Program-made: the position numbers and the translations under genes
Assembly (NCBI GenBank): GCA_038496445.1
Contig: JALMLS010000093.1
Coordinates: 434,001 to 498,000 of the forward strand
Reading direction: 5' to 3'
DNA length: 64,000 nt
DNA from: Trichosphaerium sp. ATCC 40318
Lineage: Eukaryota; Protista; Tubulinea
Part shown: one piece after another, positions 25,320-36,992 of the stretch
How the letters are laid out: each line of letters opens with the position of its first letter
How positions within the stretch are numbered: the first letter of the stretch is position 1
Notes under the pieces: generated by a model
Seen by the model: the letters and a program-made list of their open reading frames with translations, nothing else
Databases searched by the model: none
Told to the model about the DNA's origin: nothing

Positions 25320-25628
25320 AAAAGGGGGTTGCTATTGTATGCGGAGAACCACAGTAATATCAAAATCACCAAAAAGTAAGGCGGATTACTTCGGTGTCAC
25401 GGAAGCCCTTACTTTGACGTATCATCGGTTTTAGTTCTACATATAGAACGTGCTGCATCTGGATTTACAATTTTACTATACCGATTAAATACCCTGACTC
25501 AAGGTAGCAGCCCAATGAATGCCTGCCCGGGAAGTCATCCCCAGACCTCTGGAATAAAGTCCGACCTACCCCAGTGTGAATAAGTAGTAGGTAATTGGCG
25601 GAGACCACTCGCCGTCTCATTGACAATA
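25320..25628 (-). ncRNA. Candidate structured snRNA-type RNA of unknown family
   Basis: GC-richer island with at least 8 hairpins whose G-U wobbles mostly work on the minus strand; an Sm-like GAUUUUGA between two stem-loops; an upstream TCCCACAA element; downstream T-runs. Confidence 0.55.
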
Positions 25629-25673
25629 CAATTTTTTTTACTTTTGTACACCAAGATTCTGGCCAGAAATAAA

Positions 25674-25681
25674 TTGTGGGA
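25674..25681 (-). promoter_or_regulatory. DUSE-like upstream element TCCCACAA
   Basis: Matches the Dictyostelium upstream sequence element (WCCCAYAA) and sits about 55-63 nt upstream of the structured island. Confidence 0.5.
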
Positions 25682-26005
25682 TACACTTCACTGAAAATTC
25701 TATTTTAATACTTCAAAAATGGATAATGCACATTTCAAAACGCTCACAAAGGCTTGTGATGGCTATTTACACGCATGGAAACCTTATCAGCGATGTTTGG
25801 TTCGCAAAACATGCTACCAAACGGTAACTTCTGTTTTCTGGTTGCAGTTGATACGCTTCACTTAAATATCCAGTTAAAATAGTCAAAAATGGATAATGCA
25901 TATTAAAAACGCTAACAAACCCGTGTGCAACCTATCTCACATGTGAAAACCGTACGTTTTGTTTCGCGCAAAACGTGTATCAACAGATTTATTCTTTTTT
26001 CAGCA
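25681..26005. repeat. Degenerate ~170-bp tandem duplication
   Basis: atac(a/g)cttcact...tcaaaaatggataatgca...aaaacgct(c/a)acaaa...cgcaaaac occurs at 25681 and again at 25851. Confidence 0.75.
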
Positions 26006-26177
26006 AGAACACTCTTAATAATTTGGATGAGCGATTAAAGAAGCGTTTTAACGTTTTTTTTGCTGCTTAGGTCCAAAAAATGAGCAAATTGCAACAACGA
26101 CAAATAAAAAAAGTTGCTAATTTTATTTGACATTGGTGCTAAGCGAGAAGTAATCCATCTTTAAAAAAAATACTAAT

Positions 26178-26888
26178 TCAACTTACACAGCAACGCATCA
26201 TCCTTGTTTTACCATTGACAAAAATAGACTGAGCTGTCAGCAAGCCATTTTCATCCCAACTCTTGTACTCTCCGTGGCGGTTACCATTGACATAATTGCA
26301 CTGCTCTTTCATTTGGCCATTCCAATGCCATTCTCTATACTCTCCCTCTAGTTTACGATTGATATAATAACACTCACTACGCAATCCACTATGGTAATAC
26401 CATTGTTTGTACTCTCCATCTAGTTTGCCATTGCTGTAATTACAGTGCTTCATCATTCGGCCATTTAAATGCCAGCGTCTGTACTCTCCATCTAGTTTAC
26501 CATTGGTGTAATTACCCTGCTCAATCAACTCCCCAAAAGCATGCCAACGCCTGTACTCGCCGTCTAGTACACCATTAATGTAATTGTAGTGCTCTAACAA
26601 CCAGCCATTTACTTGCCAACACTTGTATTCTCCATGCAGCAAACCATGTTTCCAAGTTTCTTGAAGAATAAGCTGGCAGTGTCTTCGTTTTTGCCATTTT
26701 CCATGCTTTTTCAAATCACTGTCATACCTTGACATAATCGCTGTATTTTTACAAAGAAGTGGGTAAAGTAAATACACTGATGTGTCTAAATCGATAAGAT
26801 CAAGCTGAATCTCAACTGGAAGGCATAATAGACTGCAATGGTCCGATATTACATAAAATGTCTCTTTGTTGTTTGTTAGGTTAGTCAT
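26178..26888 (-). CDS. Intronless MORN-variant (YwqK-like) repeat protein with F-box-like N-terminus
   Basis: LLCLPVEIQL followed by ~24-aa repeats YxNGKLDGEYRRWHxNG. Confidence 0.85.
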   Translation of the reverse strand: MTNLTNNKETFYVISDHCSLLCLPVEIQLDLIDLDTSVYLLYPLLCKNTAIMSRYDSDLKKHGKWQKRRHCQLILQETWKHGLLHGEYKCWQVNGWLLEHYNYINGVLDGEYRRWHAFGELIEQGNYTNGKLDGEYRRWHLNGRMMKHCNYSNGKLDGEYKQWYYHSGLRSECYYINRKLEGEYREWHWNGQMKEQCNYVNGNRHGEYKSWDENGLLTAQSIFVNGKTRMMRCCVS

Positions 26889-27343
26889 TTTACAAGCTTC
26901 AGGCGGTTACGTTGTAAATGGTATCTACAATGTGTGTAAAAGGCACGTATTTAAACCTAGCATATAGAAATGTGGCTGTATACAGCTTAACGTATTAAGT
27001 CAACGACTCAAGCAGATTTATTGGAGTGCTTCATCGCTCACAAAATTCTTCACAACCATTTTTAGCAAAGGAGTATGCAAGGAAGCTGTCACGTGGATGT
27101 GGGCATGTTGGTCTGTAGACTAAGAGTATACAGGTAATGCTAAGTATAGGCAAGCGGTGTATTAAGGGCGATGACATCCGTGGTAAGCATGTTGTTGTAC
27201 TTATGCTATGTACTTTAGTATGTTGTTACATGAACTTCAGGTTCACTCATAATATGAACCTTTTGGTATCAACGTTATGCGACAAAATAGTGATGAAATG
27301 AGGCAATTTATTAATTGTAGTTAGTGGCTATGCTAGTTTGATG

Positions 27344-29853
27344 TTACATCCAAGGGCATTTACCTGTTCCTGCAACTTGGCATAAAGCTTTGAACTTAGC
27401 AGTTGTTAAGTTGTGATGTAAATCATTTGTTGCTCCCCAGCATCCATAACGACTGTACGATCCAGATAATGAAAAGTAATTATATATTGCTCCACCTAGA
27501 TCCCAGTAGTTTTTAGTGATATCGTCAACAATTACAGCTGTCATTCCTGGATCTCTGTTCGCAGCAATGACGTTACCAACTAATCACGAAATTAACAATA
27601 CAAAACCTCTTCGCAAAAGTACGTACTGTTATAAGTATCCCCTACTTTCATTCCTGGACCTGCTTCGTACGAATTGAGGGTGATACCATACGATTTGGCA
27701 ATAGCGACATTTGCCTGAGAAGCTGTTAAACAGTCGGAAAATATGAGAAAAAAATAAACGCACTATTGTGTCTTTGGAGTCACCTATTGAACCTTGAGCG
27801 TACGCCTTGACGATTTCTTGTACAGACTAAGTCTATGTGAGATTTATATGCGCTACTAGAACTACGTACTTTATTTGGAGGTGTCTTTGGATCTACAAAA
27901 TAGTTGTCAGCTCTTTATGCTTAAAACAGAAAAATACATACCAGGATCTCCGAAGTAATGAGTTTGTGCCATTCCCCAAATGACTTTGTTTACTGGACCA
28001 TATGTCTGTTGAACCCAAGCAAGAGTATCATTGTAATGTTGAGGGAAGATTGTCCACTCAGCGTATACCTGAAGAAGAAATTTAATGGAATACGCAAGGA
28101 ACGAAAACGACGAGCCGTACTGGTCTGATCTTGGAAATCAAAGAACTATCTCCGAATACATCAGCAAAGTACTGGCCGATTTGAACGACACATTTAGCAT
28201 GGCGTCTTCTAGCCCATATCTCAGCGCATTTAGTAGCATCAGTGCATCCACTTGCAAGAGGGTTATTTGGAATGCGTTTAACCTCATCTTCAGCAGCCAA
28301 CTTATTCCAAATGTATTGGGAGAAACCAAAGTTCCACACTTCATTGGAATGCTACACACATCAGTAAAAAAGGTTCACAAACTTGCTTAGCACTGTACCT
28401 CGATGTAAATATTACGAATGCTGTCAAGTCCTTTATTGTTGGTGAATTCGTTACCATTCTTGAGGAACAAAGCCAATTTGTACAAATATCTTTTGTATTT
28501 GTTAACAGATTATATCACTACATAATTCACGTACGAAGTCTTGTCGATTGCGTTAAGATACGAATCTGTATCCTTCCATAATGACATATCATCTGAAGTA
28601 CAACCACCAGAAGCAGTCACAGGGATACTGCCCATTAACGTTGTATAAATTGTATTAAGTCAGCTACGTACTTGATCCAAATATCTTTCTTTGCTGTATT
28701 GGCTACGCCTACGACGTCTTCCCATGGCATACCATGACAACCTGGTCTCAATGAAGAGTATGGAAAGTATGCATCAGAAGGCATGCATCTAAAATCACGT
28801 GAGAAAAAGAAAAGAAAAAAATCTAAAGTACCTATCTTCCCATCCAAAGATATGATGTCCTTTATCACCGTAATATCCAGTTTGATAGTTAGTACCAGTA
28901 GCGCCCATGAAGCGCAAATCTAAATATTATAAGCACAAAATGATTTGGGTCACGTGCGCACGGTCAAAAGGAGCCAATGCAGACATAACCCAGTCCGTAA
29001 TTACTTGATCTGTGTTTACATCATAGCCTAGTTAGAGGTTTAGTAATCTATTTCTCGTAACTTTAAGAATACCCGGTTGTATGATTTTCAAACTAGAAAA
29101 GCCAGAGTTCATTGGAGCTGAAGCATTGCGCTGTGTGTTCTTGAATTCAAGTACTAAAAGGTGATCAAGGCCAGGTGGCGGGGCATACTGTTATAAAGTC
29201 AGTTAACGAAAAAAAAAACTTGGCCAAGTTTTTTCCATACGGTATTGTGAGGTACAGTTATCTGGGCGGTTGTTGTCCACGTGGTAGAGTCAAATTTCAA
29301 GTTTGAAATCTTTGGAGATCCTTGGCTAACGGTGAGGTCAAATTTGCCCTATTGGATTAGTTAGCTTCTCTTCAAGCGAAAAGGAAAATAACAGCACGTG
29401 AAAAAGTTGTCCATTCGTTAAATTTGTGTACCTTCGCTACAAAGTTATAAATGCCTCCTATATCAGCAGCGAAGCTCTTTGGATCGTCTTCTGGAGGTGC
29501 CCACGCGAAAGCAGGGCGTTGGTCCCAAATTACAACGGAACAGTCACTACAAATTTGTTTTAAGTTCTAAAACAATATATCTTCATCACTACCTCATTGG
29601 GTATCCATTTGCATCAATTGGTACAGCCTTTCCTGAGCTGATGTCTTTAAAACCGCCATCTGTTATTTTTCTTGAGGCATCGACCCAACCGTTTGGCGTG
29701 CTACCAAACTCAGTGCCTACAATACAACTGTTTAATGTTCGTTTTTGAAAAACTTTTCGCATTACCAAGTAGCTGAAATGAGGCTTCATCTCTAGCATGC
29801 ACAAGTAGACATATACTTGCTAAAAGTACAAATATAATCTGCGTCGACGTCAT
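27344..29853 (-). CDS. Secreted putative glycoside hydrolase (bacterial-like TIM-barrel family)
   Basis: Signal peptide MTSTQIIFVLLASICLL; IDANGYP; PFDHLRFM; GMPWEDVVGVAN..KKDIWIN; IYIEHSNEVWN; SYEAGP. Confidence 0.75.
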
Positions 29854-30411
29854 TGTCTTGCTGTATGTGAGTCAAATGCACAGTACTTGCCAAATGGAGA
29901 AGTAAAAAAGGGCTTAAACTATGTGAACGCGGGCTGCTAATTTATACGAAAAGAAACAAACACGCAAAACGTACAATTTTTATAGCCGGTGTTGTATTTT
30001 TAAACAAAGCTTTGGCGTTGGCTGCCAAAATTGAGAAAAACAACTCAAAAGGTTTTTGTCGATTCTTTCCACTATTGGGCAGCAAGTCATGTCAAGTTAA
30101 CGGTCTGGTTTTTCTTAGTTTAGTAATTGTTTATACCACGTGGAAAGGCGTCATGCACACCGCTCTCAACAGAGTTCTCTGGTAAAGTTGTACAACGTAC
30201 TATTTGTTTGTTAAGAGTGCGGCGACAACGTTCCTGTACCAGAGTTTGACATAAATTTGTAGCTGTTCCTTACTACTCAAAAAAAAAACATGTGCAATGA
30301 GACCGCAGGGTACTGTACAACATTTTTGAAAATGAAAGCAGGTAACTTGCTGTACTACATTTGAAAAAAAACTGAAACGGCTTCAGTTTCGAAAAAAGGT
30401 GTGTACTAAAA

Positions 30412-30609
30412 TGTCGAAAAAAAAGTCGAAAAAATGTCAAAGTGATATTGAACTGTTCGCCACAAAGGGAGACAACTGGGTTATGGCGCTCAGTCGCCGC
30501 TAGGATCTGCGCCCCCAAACCCCCCCTGAAAGGGGGGGGGCTTTCTAAATAGTTCCTATGGCATAATATAGGATAGTTAGTGTGCCGAATTTTCGACTTT
30601 TTTTTGACA
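30412..30609. repeat. Inverted-repeat element with central C7-TGAAA-G9 hairpin (possible non-autonomous transposon remnant)
   Basis: Arms tgtc(g)aaaaaaaagtcgaaaa (30412-30432) and ttttcgacttttttttgaca (30590-30609); core ctgcgcccccaaacccccc. Confidence 0.45.
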
Positions 30610-31003
30610 AAGTTCTACATATTTGGGTTTCCCCGAAAAAAAAAACTTACTGACTCGACAATATCCTATTAAGTTGTAGTTGGAAAAACACTGTGTAGCG
30701 AAAAATACTTTTGTTTTTCAGTTGTTAACCCTTAGGTAAAGTGTCTCTGTACTAAGAACGTCTTTATCGTAGTACACTGTTCAGCCCTGTGGATACAACT
30801 TTTGAGACTTGATCGCTTTGGCCGATCAACACGTGATACATGAAGCGAAACATAGTTCTCTTGTATCACCTCCTTATCATGTTTTAACCTATGTTGCGTC
30901 ATATACAAACAACATTGATTTTAAATAGGAAATGTGTACTGAATTAAATTTTACGCGGCATTTTTCTCAGAGTCTCAATTGGGTAATTAGCCTCCCTATC
31001 GTT

Positions 31004-33759
31004 ATGAACAGAAAGCGTAAGATTGCGTTACCGTGCTTTAATGAGGCTGTAAAGTGCCGTAGACTAAACAAGGGCATGCAAAGCCCAAACAGGTAAAATA
31101 GCAGCTCATTGACTGTTTTAACGCGTTTTAGAGCGTTAGCTAAAGCCCAGCGAGAGAAGGAACTACTAAAAGGCTCAAACGAGTTTATATTGATACAACA
31201 ACACGATATAAACCACGTACTTCTCCCTCAGATGGATGTATCCGTTACACTTGCTGATACGCTTAAACGGGACGAAAAATACTCGTCAAGGTCTGTTTTC
31301 CGTGTAACTATCTCTATGGCTGATCAAACGTGGTCGTTTGAGTTAACAGCGCAAAGCGTTAAGAATTTTTCAAACGAGGTACAGAGAAATAACCGCTTTT
31401 TTTCTTTGCTTCTTGTTTTTATCTTAACTCCAAGAATAGTTGCAATCAACCTACCCAATGAAGACGTGGCCTAAATTATCTCATTCGTTCATGCAAGAGA
31501 TTATGTCAAAGGAAACTAATGAGACGAAGAGGATCAAGATTCAAGAGTTTCTACAACAGGTTTGGAACTTTGTAAAACAGAAAAAAAAACCAACTGCTTA
31601 CATTTGTTAAAGGCGCTTTCAACCCCAAGTGTCCGTGTGAATACAAGTCTTATACAACGCCTTACGACCCAGCATACTTCCTTTTTTCATGTTCCCGCCA
31701 AACCACTATTTATTTCTTTTCCTAATGGTGGCTTCTTGGACGTAACTGTTTTTTGTTTGGACACGAGGTAAGAACAAAAAAAACAAAGAAAAAAACGCGA
31801 AAAACCAAAAACTTGTTTACAATCACGTGTTTCAGATGGAAACTCATATACCTTTTAGTAAGTCAATGTGGAACAGTGGACGTATGGAAACCTCAAAGAG
31901 TGTTATACGTAATGCATTACAAAAGATAATGATAGCAAGCAGTGACGAAAGCTCCAGAGTAACTCTTATTTCTTTGGTTGTTTTTTCATCTAAACCTTTG
32001 GTTCTTGTTTCACCTCAACCGCTGAACCAGGACCTCATGACAAGAATAGACTGTCTACTGGATGAAATTAAACCATCTGCAGGGACAGCTCTGTTTCGTG
32101 CGGTATCACACTGCAAAGTACGCTCGAATACCTTAACGCAAGTTGACACTCTTAGAAATTGACAACCGAGTATGCTTCAACGTTTATCAACAAACTCAAT
32201 GCAAGCATTATAGTCATATCGGACGCAAACGATAATTCAAGCACTGCCAAGGTACCTTCAATTCAAAGGATACGTATGCTATATGGTATTAATACTACTC
32301 AGGAGCGCGCAGAGAGTGATGATATTGCAAGACAAATCCAACGTGGAGATTCTAAAACAGAATCCGTTTGGTGTTGCTTTGTAATGTTTGGCGATAGGAA
32401 AAAACGTCAACATTTGATAGCAGACCTAAAAGAAAAGGTTAGTTGCTGTACTTGCACGTGCGTACTCAAACGCACACTTAGGAAGGCAACAACACATCAT
32501 TTTTAGATGGAGCTCCAAATGCTCATCTTGAAACTACTTTTTCCGAGCTGATTGAGACGAAGCGAAAACAAATAAGTATTGGTATTCAAAGACAACAAGT
32601 AAGTGAAACACAATCATCTCGCTTTACAGACTCACAGTTTAATGTATAGATATTTGGCGTGGAGCTTGAATACGTACAATACCTTGAATTTGTTGATAAC
32701 CAACTGTTTTCTAACGTTATTTTAGGTGATGGCAACTCACTTTGCTAAACTTAATGTGCCTTCGTTTATTTCAGCTGCAAGCAAACAAATTGCAACTAAC
32801 TTAAAAAACAATAGTACGTTGTTAGTGTTAGTGCCACTTCAATGTATTGAAGCTAACGAATGATGTAATAGCGCTTTCTGAAGGTGTATTCCGTGTGCCA
32901 AGTTCAAAGCCAGCACTGCTCAAAATTATTGAAGATATTAACAATGGCAAAGAAATCAAGATCTTTGAATGTGACTACCTTGCTGCTGATATTATTAAAC
33001 AGTACCTCATGAGTCTTCCCAGCCCCTTGTTACCTATCCAAAAGGACACTCTATCATCAATAATGAGTACGAAACAAGATACTCCCTTGAGTTGTTCTCT
33101 AACAAAACGTAAGGTGACATACAAAGCAAACAAGCTCCAGAACGACTGAGCTTCAAATCTAAGGTGTCCTCTCTTTCAAAACATGTTTCACAAGAAAGCT
33201 TAAGTCAATCACAGGTATAAGAACAGTGCTGAGTTAAAGAAGGAACTAACTCTCTTTAAAGTACCAAGCGATTGAAAATATAAAAACTACACTTTCTACT
33301 CTATCATGTCAAAGAAGAGAACTGCTATTGCATGTCCTTAGACTTGCTCGGTTAATTTTACATGGTGTGGCCAACAACAAACCTCAAACAAGAAAACCAT
33401 TAGCACCTATTGATAACATATACGTACCAACATTACCAACAATGAAAAGTAAAACAACAAAATTAAGTGCACACTCTTTCGGTACGCTTCTAAATGATTA
33501 AAAAAACCAAAAATCTCGGCTTGCTTTGTATTGTAGTAAGGGCTTAATGCTGTTTTTATCGAGAAGAAAACTGAGACTTTAGTGAACCTTCTAAGTAGAT
33601 TGTTTCTTATACGTTCGTGTAGGTATTCTACTTGGTCCTTGTATACTAGGATCTGGTATTCTCGATAGTGTCAATACAGTATCTGGACTTGGTGTTCTTA
33701 ACCAAATAGCTGAGCTTGTAGCGTTTATGATAAAGCATGTAAAACTACTTGTTTGTTGA
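31004..33759 (+). CDS. PX-like + vWA + RhoGAP multidomain protein
   Basis: PX-like: VFRVTI..WSF...YP..WPKL...KRIKIQEFLQQAL. vWA: FCLDTSKSM...GTALFRAV...IIVISD. RhoGAP: IFGVEL...VPSFI...EGVFRVPS...ADIIKQYLMSLPSPLLP. Confidence 0.8.
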
Positions 33760-34150
33760 AAAATGCCTTTTCTACTTTAGCATTATTTTTACTTACTCTA
33801 GAGAGCCTTTACGGCTAGAGTAGATTAATAAACTTGTACCTTAGACCAGCGATTTTACAGTATTTTTTATACACGTGGTAATGCAATATTACTTTGTTAC
33901 GCTCAAAGTGCTCATTGATAAACTACTCTACAGCTAAGGCAACGCCTCTCCTACATGTATTCTTTCGTTTGGAATACACAAGATATCATCATGTTGCTGG
34001 TAGACTACAAGGAGAGCATGTTGGTTAAAAAACGATCAATTGGAGATTTATTACTATTCAGCGCAGCAAACTTGCTTCAGCTAACATGAAAACCGATAAT
34101 TTTCAAACACAAAATCAAACAATCTATATTTACATCACTACACGTGCGTC

Positions 34151-36812
34151 ATGGAAGATATATCTAATGAGCTATCAACGTGCGTTTTTAAGCTGAGGTG
34201 GATTATTCTAATGCATACTCAACAGCGCACTACAAAGTGGAGTCTTCAAAGACATTCAAGACGCTCTGTCGCCGTTTGAAGCTGATTGTACGCTAATTCG
34301 TTGATTCCTATTTAAAATAACTCTATGGAGGTTTTACGTTGCCCACAGGAGAACCACTACTCCTTTATGCAGCCAAAAAAGGTCAAACAGAGCTAGTTAG
34401 AGCTATTTTAACAGCTCCGACGTTTCCAAGCGATTCAATAGACGCCATTAAGCCCAAAAGCTTTGTAACGCCTTTATTCATTGCATCGCAACGCGGATAC
34501 GTTGAAATCGTAAAGCTACTACTAGACTATGGCGCTGACGCAAACATAAAGTACACTCAGAAAAAAAATTTAACGTACTTTTTTTTTTGTGTTTGCCTGG
34601 GCACCTTGCTTTTCTCTTAGTCCAAGTTACTTTTTCCTCGTTATGCTCACGAATTGTATTCAGGTGTTTGGCGGGAGGTAAAGGACCAAACTCATTCGGA
34701 ATTGCTTGTCAGAACAATCACCACGATTGTATTCTATTGCTGTGGGAGACGATAAAAGGATCAAAAGATGATGTGGTAAATGCATGTGGTAGAATAGGTA
34801 GAGCAGCCTTACACAATGCTTGTAGAAGTGGAGATGGTAAGTCACATTGTTATGATGTAACTAACAATAAGGTAGAGAGCTTGTGGGCTGTTAAGTTTCT
34901 TATCAGCAAGGGAGCGGATGTTAATATGGCTGAGAGGACCGGCGCGACACCAGCTCACCATGCTGTTACTCAAGGAGGTAATAGGGTTCTTGAAGAGCTT
35001 ATACGGTACCCATTGTTTGGTATTGTAATCAGATGATAATTTTTCTGTTTAGTGCAGATCCAAACGTTGTTCATTATGTTAAAAAAGGCAAAACAATGTT
35101 ACACTATGCAGCCAAACTTGTACGCTTACAACCAGTTGTCTTAGCTGGAAAAACTCGCGCTTAATGGAGGAAGCTGTATTAACTTCATTTACAACTTTAG
35201 GATAAGATGGAGATTGTTAAGATACTCCTAAAAGCTGGTGTAGATCCGAACATTCTTGATTCCGATGGAGACAGCTGCCTCACACTAGCATCGCGTGGGG
35301 CCAATACAGGTATGTGTATGCTTCTATGTAAGGTCGTAGATAGAAGCGTACCTGCACATACATATGCAATACGGCCTATTGTTAACTCCTTTTGGGACAA
35401 ATACAATCCGACAATAGGTACTAACACGTGTTTTCTCATATTTTTCTAACAACTTTAAGGCGTTAAACCAACTGTTCCATGGCGCTTTGGAGACAATGTT
35501 ATGTATGGAAGAGGATGGGATACTCATTATTCGAGTGTACATTGTGATTTTTGTTTAATAGTATAAAACATGTCTAAATGGTGTTTGCAGGAAAGTGTCA
35601 GCATGACTGACTACCGTACTCTTGAGTTGATACCAGCTCGAGAAAATGAACACATACTCTCTCTTGATAAAGAACGCAAACATGTTCGCGAATTGGTAGA
35701 CCTGTTAGGAGGTGAACGATATGAGATTAAAAAAGCATATGCTGTTGATAATACTACTTTGCTTTCTCAGTTCGAGTCGTTTGGTGGAATTCTTAGAGAC
35801 CGACAAAAGTATGCTTTACTACTCGTGTAGAAACTAACTTTGAATTGAAGAAAGTTGCCTCAGTTATGGAAAAAGACTAGTTGGAAAGAAACTCATACTA
35901 AAAAGAGAGAATGGGTGAATAGTAGATTTGAAGATGTGCGTAAGGAGAAAGGTTGTACAACACAAGACGGTGTACGAAAAAGAAAATAGATTCTGTGGTA
36001 CCAATTAAGTTTATTTAGATTTCAGCTGTATTGATGGTTCATGGAACGACTGGGGCTGTTGCTGAAGAAATATGTTCAAGTGGATTCGGGGTTGTAGCTG
36101 CGTTAGATCCAGGATGGTATGTAGTATTTCGTCAAGATCATTAACAACTAACATGACTTTTACTTGGTAGGTATGGACAAGGAATTTACTTTACAGTAAG
36201 TTGCAATTAAGTTCCGCTGGGTGCTTTGTCTAATGCTTTGATTTAGAGTCACATAAAGTACTCTTGTATGTATTCTAAAGAACCTGTTAAAGTAATTATT
36301 ATAAGCTATGGCATTCCTGGGTATGATCTTGTTTCTTTTTGACCGTCCGTTGCTAAAGTGTATTTAGCAATATCTTTCCTGTAGTTGAGAATCCTTTTGG
36401 GAATGAATCACTGCAAGGAAGCTCCATCAAACCAGGTTATCAAAGCCATTTCGCTGTTGGTAAGTAACTACCATAGTAGAGACATTATAACGGAAATTTA
36501 GTGAAGAAAGGGCTACCTATATCTGAAAATACAAACGGGAATGTGTATGATGAGTTTGTATTGGCTCAAGGTACGGTTGTAACAGTGCTCTCTATACTGA
36601 CATTATCGCAAGATGCACAAGTACTCCCAAAGTACGTTGTATTTCTAAAGGAGTCAAAGAAGAAGGACAAATCAAATGGCAAGAAGAAGAATAAAAAGAG
36701 AAAGAAAGAGAAGAAAGAACAAAAGATTGACGATGAAGAAGATAGTGATAGTGATTTACTGGAGGATGAGGATACAGAAAGTTTTATTAAAAACAGGAAT
36801 ATGTGGCAATAA
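34151..36812 (+). CDS. Ankyrin-repeat + PARP-like ADP-ribosyltransferase catalytic domain protein
   Basis: Ankyrin: TPLFIASQRGYVEIVKLLLDYGA, GATPAHHAV. ART: LMVHGT...GWYGQGIYFT...YDEFVL..AQVLPKYV. Confidence 0.85.
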
Positions 36813-36992
36813 AAACAGCCAGCAGTATAAATGCGCTTACATACATTGTGTTGTGCTTTACCTGTAGCATCATTTCTTCGTATTTTAGACAACGTGACAT
36901 TGTAGTAGCTCACCACTTAAGCGTGCCAAAATTTGTTAAGTCAGTACTTTTTTATAAAAAGCCTGTTTTGACATCTGGTACGCTGAAAAGAG

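Noticed and set aside
25320-25628. tRNA, SRP, RNase P/MRP, U3 or telomerase identity for the structured island; plus-strand orientation
   Set aside because: No cloverleaf or B-box, no SRP helix-8 motif, no P4 CR-I/CR-V pair and no telomeric template. A plus-strand CUUCGG exists, but more G-U pairs and the DUSE-like element favour the minus strand.
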